Below, piece after piece: positions 32,322 through 39,237 of a stretch of DNA of 39,237 bases. Source of the DNA: an uncultured Gammaproteobacteria bacterium (GTDB taxonomy: Bacteria > Pseudomonadota > Gammaproteobacteria > Magnimaribacterales > D2472); the NCBI GenBank assembly GCA_913050015.1, contig CAJXAZ010000002.1, forward strand, positions 1 to 39,237. The letters run 5' to 3'. The notes beneath the pieces were generated by a model that had not been told where the DNA came from, made no database searches, and saw nothing but the letters and a program-made list of their open reading frames with translations. Numbering within the stretch: the first letter of the stretch is position 1; each line of letters opens with the position of its first letter. The translations under genes were made by a program, and so were the position numbers.

Positions 32322-33287
32322 ATGCAAACATCAGTAATAGACCTATTGGTCCCAACTGAAATACAGGTGGACGATATTACACCTAACTTATCCAAGGTAA
32401 CCCTTGAGCCTTTAGAGAGAGGTTTTGGTCATACGCTTGGCAACGCACTAAGAAGAATTCTTTTATCATCTATGCCTGGAGCTGCTGTAACAGATGTTGC
32501 AATTGATGGCATATCACATGAATACAGTACTATTGAAGGTGTTAGAGAGGATGTGATCAATATCCTTCTTAATATTAAAGATATGCCTGTTAGTCTTATT
32601 GAGGGAAATAAAGCAGAGATAGTTCTTGATGTAACTGGTCCTTGTGACGTGCTTGCTTCTTCTTTCACTGTTCCTGCAAATGTTGAGCTTGTTAATCAAG
32701 ATTTTCATATTGCAACGATCGTAGATAAAGTTAATCTTAAAATGACGTTATCTGTTAATACTGGAAGAGGTTACGAGCCTGCAGATCTAAGAGATGATGA
32801 AGATAGAGTTGTTGGAGCTTTAAAATTAGATGCCTCATATAGTCCAGTAAGAAGAGTTTCTTATACTGTTGATAATGCTAGGTTTGAAAAAAGAACCGAC
32901 TTAGATAAATTAATAATTGAGCTTGAGACTGATGGTACTTTAGATCCAAAAATGGCTATTGAGCATTCAGCAACAATTCTTCAACAACAGCTAAGTGCTT
33001 TTGTTGATCTAGATGCAATTGCTGAGCAAGAAGCTAAGAAAGATCAAAATGACTTTGATCCAATACTATTAAGATCAATTGAAGAGCTTGAGCTTACTGT
33101 TAGTTCAACTAACTGTTTGAAAGCTGAAAGTATTTTTCTAATTGGTGATCTTATTCACAGATCAGAATTTGATTTACTAAAAACTCCGAATCTAGGTAAA
33201 AAGTCTCTTAATGAGATTAAAGATGTACTTGCATCTAAGAACCTTTCCCTAGGTATGAATGTAGACAATTGGCCACCAGTAGGATAA
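32322..33287 (+). CDS. rpoA: DNA-directed RNA polymerase subunit alpha
   Basis: 321 aa. N-terminal domain [24 protein letters not shown]-terminal domain [14 protein letters not shown]...[16 protein letters not shown]. Confidence 0.98.
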   Translation: MQTSVIDLLVPTEIQVDDITPNLSKVTLEPLERGFGHTLGNALRRILLSSMPGAAVTDVAIDGISHEYSTIEGVREDVINILLNIKDMPVSLIEGNKAEIVLDVTGPCDVLASSFTVPANVELVNQDFHIATIVDKVNLKMTLSVNTGRGYEPADLRDDEDRVVGALKLDASYSPVRRVSYTVDNARFEKRTDLDKLIIELETDGTLDPKMAIEHSATILQQQLSAFVDLDAIAEQEAKKDQNDFDPILLRSIEELELTVSSTNCLKAESIFLIGDLIHRSEFDLLKTPNLGKKSLNEIKDVLASKNLSLGMNVDNWPPVG

Positions 33288-33290
33288 AAA

Positions 33291-33704
33291 ATGAGACATA
33301 GAAAAGCAGGAAGAAAACTTAATAGGAATTCTTCTCACAGAAAAGCGTTATTAAAAAACTTAGCAATTGCTTTGATTGAGCAGGACATTATTAGAACCAC
33401 TCTTCCAAAAGCTAAAGAGCTTAGAAAGACTATTGAACCACTTATTACTTTAGGTAAAGAAGATACAGTTGCTAATAGAAGACTTGCTTTTAGTAGACTA
33501 AGATCTGACGCTGCGGTTGGTAAGTTATTTTCAGAGATCTCTGTAAACTCCAAAGAAAGAAAGGGCGGATATACAAGAATTATTAAAGCTGGTTTTAGAC
33601 CAGGTGATAAAGCTGACATGGCCTACATCGAGCTTGTTGATAGAGATACTAATCATGTTGCTAGCTCAGACACTCCTGAGCTTAAAGAAGACTCAGCAGC
33701 TTAA
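33291..33704 (+). CDS. rplQ: 50S ribosomal protein L17
   Basis: 137 aa. [20 protein letters not shown] and GGYTRIIK. Confidence 0.98.
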   Translation: MRHRKAGRKLNRNSSHRKALLKNLAIALIEQDIIRTTLPKAKELRKTIEPLITLGKEDTVANRRLAFSRLRSDAAVGKLFSEISVNSKERKGGYTRIIKAGFRPGDKADMAYIELVDRDTNHVASSDTPELKEDSAA

Positions 33705-33705
33705 C

Positions 33706-36522
33706 TTAAAGCATTTTCTCTAGATATTGACCTGTGAAGGAGTTGCTAACTTTAGCAACCTCCTCAGGGGTTCCAGTAGCTATAATCTGACCTCCACCAC
33801 TCCCACCTTCTGGGCCTAGATCTATAATCCAATCAGCTGTTTTAATGACATCAAGATTATGCTCTATAACAACAACTGTGTTTCCTTGATTCTTTAGTCT
33901 GTCTAGAACTGTTAGAAGTAACTCAATATCTGCAAAGTGAAGGCCTGTTGTTGGTTCATCTAGGACAAACAAAGTCTTTCCTGTACTTCTTTTTGAAAGT
34001 TCTTTAGCTAGTTTTATTCTCTGAGCTTCTCCTCCAGAAAGAGTAATAGCAGACTGACCTAAGGTGATATAACCAAGTCCAACATCGTTAAGTGTAGCTA
34101 GCTTCTTTTTAATTGCAGGCAATGCTTGAAAGAATTCTAAAGCTTCTTCAACAGTCATATTAAGCATGTCGCTTATATTTTTTCCTTTATATCTTACTTC
34201 TAATGTCTGTTCGTTATACCTTCTGCCTTCACAAACATCACACTTCACGTAAACATCAGCTAGGAAATGCATCTCTACTTTTATCATTCCATCACCCTGG
34301 CAAGCCTCACATCGTCCTCCTTTCACATTAAAGCTAAATCTTCCAGGTTTGTAACCTCTAGATTTTGCTTCAATTGTTTGAGTAAGTAGATCCCTTATAT
34401 AGGAGAATAGACCAGTGTAGGTTGCTGGATTAGACCTAGGAGTTCTTCCAATAGGAGATTGGTCAATACTAATCACCTTATCTAAATATTCCAATCCTTC
34501 TATTTTGTCGCACTTTATTTCTCTAGTTAATTTTGATTTATTCAGCATGAATGAACTTAACGGGAGGAGGGTTTGGTTGATCAGAGAAGATTTTCCTGAA
34601 CCTGATACTCCAGTAATACATGTGAATAAACCGACAGGTATTTCAGCAGAAATATTTTGTAAATTATTCTCTGAAGAATTAACAATCTTAATATTTTCAT
34701 TTCCTCGAGACATTCGTTTCTTTGGAATTTTAATTTCTCTTTCGCCAGATAAATACTGAGCTGTAATCGAGTTTTTATTTTTTAAGATATCCTCTAGAGT
34801 ACCTTCAGCACAAATTTCACCACCATGCTTTCCAGCTCCAGGGCCAATATCAATTATATGATCTGCACATCTAATAGCTTCCTCATCATGCTCAACTACA
34901 ATTACCGTATTTCCTAAGTTCTTTAGGTTATTTAAAGTTTTAATAAGTTTTTCATTATCTCTTTGATGTAATCCAATAGAGGGCTCATCCAATACATAAG
35001 TTACACCCACCAATCCTGATCCTATTTGGCTGGCAAGCCTAATTCTCTGAGCTTCACCACCAGAAAGCGTTTCAGCACTTCTTTCAAGCGTTAAGTAACT
35101 CAAGCCAACATCTTCTAAAAAAGTTAATCTTTCTGTTATTTCTTTTAATATTTTTTCTGCTATCTTCTTTTTTGCGCCATCTAATTTCATTTTCATTGTG
35201 AAATCTAAGGCTTCATTAATCCTCATTCCAGTAATAGAATGTATGGGAGTTTTATTTATAAAAACATTTCTTGATTGTGTATTTAGTCTTGATCCCTCGC
35301 ACTCATCGCAAGAACTTTTAGACATAAGTTTTGATAACTCATCTCTTATAAAGTCGGAATCAGTCTCTTTAAAACGTCTTTCGGTACTAGGTATTATTCC
35401 TTCAAATTTATGTTTACGAACTATCTTGCTTCCACTTCTAAATCTATGAGAAAAATCAACCTTATCTTTTGATCCCCATAAGATAATATCTTTTATATCT
35501 TGAGGGTAGTCTTTCCATTTGGTTGTTAAGCTAAAGTCATAATGAACACCTAGACATTTAAGCTGATAAAAATAAAACCTATTTCTTCTTGTCCAGCCCT
35601 TTATCGCTCCATTTGAAATAGAAACATCATCATCTTGTATCAATCTTTTCTCATTAAAATATTGAATCACTCCAAGGCCATCACATCTTGTACATGCACC
35701 ATAAGGGTTATTAAAAGAAAACATTCTTGGCTCTAATTCAGCAATTGCATAACCGCATTGTGAGCATGAGAAATTTGATGAAAATAATGAAGATAATTTT
35801 TTGTCTAAATTTTCGATTTCGACCAAGCCATTAGAAAGAGTTAAGGATGTTTCTATTGATTCTGCCAACCTAGTTCTGTCCTCATCATTATTCTTTATTA
35901 CCAATCGATCTATTACTGCAGAGATATCATGCTTTTTATTTTTCTCTAGTTCAGGGAATTCCTCAATAGGGTAAACAACACCATTAACTTTAACTCTTAC
36001 ATATCCGCTTTTTCTAAGATCTTCATATATTGCTAAATGCTCTCCCTTTTTACCTCTAACAAGAGGAGATAAGATCATAATTTTAGTATCTTCTTTTATT
36101 TTTAAAACTTCATCGCATATTTCAGAAACTGTTTTAGCTTTGAGTTCTTCATTGTGATCTGGGCAAATAGGTGAGCCTATTCTTGAATATAAGAGTCTTA
36201 GATAATCATATATCTCAGTTACTGTTCCTACCGTTGATCTTGGGTTATGAGAAGTTGCCTTCTGCTCTATGGAGATAGCTGGTGATAGGCCTTCAATTTG
36301 ATCTACATCCGGTTTTTCCATCATTGATAAAAACTGTCTAGCATAGGTAGATAGAGATTCAACATACCTTCTTTGACCTTCGGCATAAATCGTATCAAAT
36401 GCTAGCGATGATTTACCAGAGCCTGATAAGCCTGTTATTACTACAATCTTATTTCGTGGTATTTCAAGACTAATATTTTTAAGATTATGAGTACGAGCGC
36501 CTTTGATATAAATACTATCCAT
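33706..36522 (-). CDS. uvrA: Excinuclease ABC subunit UvrA
   Basis: 938 aa. Two ABC ATPase modules ([23 protein letters not shown], two LSGGEAQR signatures) and zinc modules (CSQCGY..CTRCDG; [14 protein letters not shown]). Confidence 0.99.
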   Translation of the reverse strand: MDSIYIKGARTHNLKNISLEIPRNKIVVITGLSGSGKSSLAFDTIYAEGQRRYVESLSTYARQFLSMMEKPDVDQIEGLSPAISIEQKATSHNPRSTVGTVTEIYDYLRLLYSRIGSPICPDHNEELKAKTVSEICDEVLKIKEDTKIMILSPLVRGKKGEHLAIYEDLRKSGYVRVKVNGVVYPIEEFPELEKNKKHDISAVIDRLVIKNNDEDRTRLAESIETSLTLSNGLVEIENLDKKLSSLFSSNFSCSQCGYAIAELEPRMFSFNNPYGACTRCDGLGVIQYFNEKRLIQDDDVSISNGAIKGWTRRNRFYFYQLKCLGVHYDFSLTTKWKDYPQDIKDIILWGSKDKVDFSHRFRSGSKIVRKHKFEGIIPSTERRFKETDSDFIRDELSKLMSKSSCDECEGSRLNTQSRNVFINKTPIHSITGMRINEALDFTMKMKLDGAKKKIAEKILKEITERLTFLEDVGLSYLTLERSAETLSGGEAQRIRLASQIGSGLVGVTYVLDEPSIGLHQRDNEKLIKTLNNLKNLGNTVIVVEHDEEAIRCADHIIDIGPGAGKHGGEICAEGTLEDILKNKNSITAQYLSGEREIKIPKKRMSRGNENIKIVNSSENNLQNISAEIPVGLFTCITGVSGSGKSSLINQTLLPLSSFMLNKSKLTREIKCDKIEGLEYLDKVISIDQSPIGRTPRSNPATYTGLFSYIRDLLTQTIEAKSRGYKPGRFSFNVKGGRCEACQGDGMIKVEMHFLADVYVKCDVCEGRRYNEQTLEVRYKGKNISDMLNMTVEEALEFFQALPAIKKKLATLNDVGLGYITLGQSAITLSGGEAQRIKLAKELSKRSTGKTLFVLDEPTTGLHFADIELLLTVLDRLKNQGNTVVVIEHNLDVIKTADWIIDLGPEGGSGGGQIIATGTPEEVAKVSNSFTGQYLEKML

Positions 36523-36590
36523 ATGAAAAAAAATCCGTGATGAAAAAATTAATTTAGGTTAAACTTCTAACAATATTATAAGAGGTAAAT

Positions 36591-37046
36591 ATGAGTAGAG
36601 GCGTAAATAAAGTAATTTTAGTTGGTAATTTAGGTCAAAAACCTGAAATGAGATACACAGCAACCCAGTCAGCTGTAGCTAATATCTCCATTGCAACTAC
36701 TGAGTCATGGAAAGATAAAGAAAGTGGCGAGATGAGAGATAAAACAGAATGGCATAAAGTTGTTTATTTTGGAAAACTTGCCGAGATAGTTGAAAAATAT
36801 TTAGATAAAGGCTCTAGTGTTTACATAGAAGGCAAGCTTCAAACTAGAAAATGGCAAGACAAGAGTGGCGCTGACAGATGGACTACAGAAATTGTAGGAA
36901 ATGAGCTAACTATGCTTGGATCAAGATCTTCTGGTTCTGATTCTTCTATGGGATCTGGCTCTCAAATGGGTTCTCAATCAGAATCTCCTTTCCCAAAAGA
37001 TGATGACTCAGGGACAGGTTTAACGGATGATGATATTCCATTTTAA
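36591..37046 (+). CDS. ssb: Single-stranded DNA-binding protein
   Basis: 151 aa. OB fold ([21 protein letters not shown]), Gly/Ser-rich linker, and acidic tip DDDIPF. Divergent from uvrA, as in E. coli. Confidence 0.97.
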   Translation: MSRGVNKVILVGNLGQKPEMRYTATQSAVANISIATTESWKDKESGEMRDKTEWHKVVYFGKLAEIVEKYLDKGSSVYIEGKLQTRKWQDKSGADRWTTEIVGNELTMLGSRSSGSDSSMGSGSQMGSQSESPFPKDDDSGTGLTDDDIPF

Positions 37047-37062
37047 TATTTAGTGACTTAGC

Positions 37063-37932
37063 GTGAACTTCGAAACGATTAAATTTACTGAAAAAAATTC
37101 GTTAGCGTTAATTACCCTCAATAGGCCTGAAAAGCTAAATGCGTTCAATCAAGTTATGCTTAGTGAAATGCTTGAGGCATTTGATTACATTGATAAAAAA
37201 GATTCTATAAGAGCTGTAATTCTAGCAGGAGCTGGAAGGGCATTCTGCGCAGGTGCTGATCTTTCAGCTGGAGAAAAAACTTTTGATACTGAGTTTGATA
37301 ATTCAAAAAAATATACTGAAGATTTTAGGAGAGATTCTGGCGGCATTCTTACTTTAAGAATGTATAGGTGCTTAAAGCCAATTGTTGTAGCTTGTAACGG
37401 AGCTGCAGTTGGGGTCGGAGCAACCATGCAACTTGCCGCTGACATACGAATAGCCTCGACATCAAGCAAGTTTTCTTTTCCATTTGCAAAAAGAGGAATT
37501 GCCCCAGATGCATGCTCTAGCTGGTTTTTACCAAAAATAGTAGGTATTTCAAAAGCCTTAGAATGGTCCTATTCAGGAGAGTTGTTTGATGCATCAGATG
37601 CCTATGAAGCTGGTCTAGTCTCATATTTGGTAGAGCCAAGCGAATTAATGGATAAAGCAATTCAAATAGCCAATAAGCTTATTAAAGAATCTTCCCCAGT
37701 TTCAATCGCACTAACCAGACAGATGATGTGGAGTTTATCCTCGACATCAACACCAGAAGAAGCGCACATAATAGACAGCAAAGTTATTGATTCGAGAGGC
37801 TCATCAGGAGATGCTGCTGAAGGAGTTATGTCTTTTTTAGAGAAGAGAAATGCAGATTATCCTAATAAAATATCTAGTGATATGCCATCAATTTTTCCTT
37901 GGATAGAAAGTAAATTTAAAGATCAGGAGTAA
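37063..37932 (+). CDS. Crotonase-fold (enoyl-CoA hydratase/isomerase family) protein, non-canonical active site
   Basis: 289 aa with a GTG start. ITLNRPEKLNAF and oxyanion-hole segment AGAGRAFCAGADL. The canonical catalytic Glu positions appear replaced (see findings). Confidence 0.85.
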   Translation: MNFETIKFTEKNSLALITLNRPEKLNAFNQVMLSEMLEAFDYIDKKDSIRAVILAGAGRAFCAGADLSAGEKTFDTEFDNSKKYTEDFRRDSGGILTLRMYRCLKPIVVACNGAAVGVGATMQLAADIRIASTSSKFSFPFAKRGIAPDACSSWFLPKIVGISKALEWSYSGELFDASDAYEAGLVSYLVEPSELMDKAIQIANKLIKESSPVSIALTRQMMWSLSSTSTPEEAHIIDSKVIDSRGSSGDAAEGVMSFLEKRNADYPNKISSDMPSIFPWIESKFKDQE

Positions 37933-37940
37933 TTACTATT

Positions 37941-39020
37941 ATGTTATTTAATCCATACAAGCTTAAAAATACTACTTTAAGAAATAGAATTGTTATGGCT
38001 CCCATGACTAGGAGCATGTCTCCTGGTGGAGTTCCAACTCAAGACGTCATCGATTACTATGAAAGAAGAGCTAAGGCTGAGGTTGGTCTTATAATTACCG
38101 AAGGTATAGAGGTTAGTCATAAAGCTTCTAGCGCTTATCCTGACGTCCCTAGGCTTGATAGTGAAGAGGCAAGGGAAGCTTGGAAGAAAGTAGTAAGAGG
38201 TATTAAGAACCATGGCGGTGCAGTGATAGCGCAATTATGGCACTGTGGAGGTTTTAGGAAATTGGGCATGGCGCCAGAACCAGAAGTCCCTGGATATACT
38301 GCCTCAGGCCTTGTAAGACCTGGAAAAAAAGTAGCCCATGAGATGACCCTTCAAGATATTAAAGAGACTATTCAAGCATTTGCCTCTGACGCTAAGTTTT
38401 GTGAAGAAATTGGTTTTGATGGAGTTGAGATACATGGTGCTCATGGATATCTAATCGATAATTTCTTTTGGGATGGTACAAATGAGAGAGAGGATATGTA
38501 TGGAGGCTCCACTGAAGAAAGGTCTCAATTAGCAACTGAAATTGTTAGAGCTATAAGATCCGAAGTAAGCAGTAACTTCATTGTTGGGCTAAGATTCTCT
38601 CAGTGGAAACAACAAGACTATGAAGCAAAATTAGCTTCTTCCCCAGAAGAGCTTAAAAAAGTACTTACTCCTCCTGCAGAAGCTGGACTGGATTATCTTC
38701 ATTCAAGCATGCGAAGATTTTGGGATAGTGAATTTAGCGGATCGGATGAAAATTTAGCTTACTGGACAAAAAAACTTTTAGGATTGCCAACTATTAGCGT
38801 TGGCAGTGTGGGCCTCGACTCTGAATTCATTGATATGAGCGCCCCTGCATCACCTACAAATATTAATAGAGCCATTGAAGATATTAATGATAGTAAATAC
38901 GATATGGTTGCTGTTGGCAGAGCCCTTATATCAGACCCTGAATGGGTAATTAAAATGAAAGAAGGTAGGTTGGAAGATGTTATTCCTTATACCAAAGAAG
39001 CTTTATTTAAACTTTACTAG
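37941..39020 (+). CDS. NADH:flavin oxidoreductase, Old Yellow Enzyme family
   Basis: 359 aa. LRNRIVMAPMTRS, QLWHCG, EIHGAHGYLIDNFF and VAVGRALISDPEW. Confidence 0.9.
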   Translation: MLFNPYKLKNTTLRNRIVMAPMTRSMSPGGVPTQDVIDYYERRAKAEVGLIITEGIEVSHKASSAYPDVPRLDSEEAREAWKKVVRGIKNHGGAVIAQLWHCGGFRKLGMAPEPEVPGYTASGLVRPGKKVAHEMTLQDIKETIQAFASDAKFCEEIGFDGVEIHGAHGYLIDNFFWDGTNEREDMYGGSTEERSQLATEIVRAIRSEVSSNFIVGLRFSQWKQQDYEAKLASSPEELKKVLTPPAEAGLDYLHSSMRRFWDSEFSGSDENLAYWTKKLLGLPTISVGSVGLDSEFIDMSAPASPTNINRAIEDINDSKYDMVAVGRALISDPEWVIKMKEGRLEDVIPYTKEALFKLY

Positions 39021-39237
39021 TTCCTACTCAAGATCAAGCTGGCATTAGTTCCGCCAAATCCAAATGAGTTGCTCATCACCGAAGTTATATTTTTTGATAC
39101 TGTTTCAGTATTAATATGAATACCCTTAGCTTCGTCGCATAACTCTTCTGAATTAATATTAGGAGCTATAAAACCTTCATTTAGCATCATTATTGAATAT
39201 ATAGCTTCTTGAGCTCCTGTTGCTCCAAGCGAGTGCC
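39017..39237 (-). CDS. fabB: 3-oxoacyl-ACP synthase I (FabB-like), C-terminal fragment truncated by the window edge
   Basis: Hand translation of the minus strand: HSLGATGAQEAIYSIMMLNEGFIAPNINSEELCDEAKGIHINTETVSKNITSVMSNSFGFGGTNASLILSRN*. This closely parallels the E. coli FabB C-terminus (GHSLGAAG..EAIYSLLMLEHGFIAPSINIEELDE...TVMSNSFGFGGTNATLV). Confidence 0.85.
   Translation of the reverse strand, partial: HSLGATGAQEAIYSIMMLNEGFIAPNINSEELCDEAKGIHINTETVSKNITSVMSNSFGFGGTNASLILSRN

Noticed and set aside
36523-36590. Looked for a LexA/SOS box (CTGT-N8-ACAG type) in the divergent uvrA-ssb promoter region, where E. coli has one.
   Set aside because: No CTGT...ACAG-like palindrome or other convincing inverted repeat is present in the 68-nt spacer. 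I also could not place confident -35/-10 hexamers in this uniformly AT-rich DNA, so no regulatory feature is called. Absence of a box cannot be turned into a claim about SOS regulation from this window alone.
1-39237. Scan for CRISPR arrays, IS or transposase ends, integrases, phage genes, toxin-antitoxin or defence genes, rRNA genes and riboswitches.
   Set aside because: Every ORF of at least 60 aa that is not an antisense or out-of-frame shadow is assigned to a recognisable housekeeping or metabolic family. No spaced direct-repeat arrays or terminal inverted repeats were seen, and the intergenic DNA is too short to hide such elements.

Overview
This AT-rich window is almost entirely core translation and transcription genes, in the order typical of Gammaproteobacteria. 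Supporting that assignment: E. coli-like EF-G, EF-Tu, RpoB and RpoC (including the lineage-specific beta and beta' insertions), a divergent uvrA/ssb pair, and a FabB C-terminus at the right edge. Left to right: two translationally coupled, signal-peptide-bearing amidohydrolase-fold genes; tRNA-Thr(UGU), msrA and birA on the minus strand; then tRNA-Tyr, tRNA-Thr(GGU), tuf, tRNA-Trp, secE, nusG, rplKAJL and rpoBC. These run straight into rpsL-rpsG-fusA and an uninterrupted S10-spc-alpha block (rpsJ to rplQ, including an untracked 38-aa rpmJ). The window ends with uvrA (minus), ssb, a crotonase-fold gene, an OYE-type flavin oxidoreductase and a partial convergent fabB. Packing is very tight, with many TAATG or ATGA stop/start overlaps and convergent genes separated by 1 nt or overlapping. 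I found no mobile elements, CRISPR arrays, defence or toxin genes, or unassigned multi-gene cluster, so I cannot support a claim of a novel system here. The observations most worth a second look are: (1) Ser in RpoA at the position of the UP-element-binding Arg265 of E. coli; (2) a secreted amidohydrolase paired with a paralogue that has lost every metal-ligand position; (3) near-consensus sigma70 promoters with 17-bp spacers, TAGAAT or GATAAT -10 boxes and rrn-P1-like GC discriminators; (4) loss of the str-operon tuf copy; (5) a few GC-enriched or structured intergenic segments (rplJ leader, S10 promoter/leader, rpsJ-rplC spacer); (6) a crotonase-fold protein lacking both hydratase glutamates. 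All homology statements come from recognising motifs by eye and from remembered E. coli sequences. No searches or folding programs were run.
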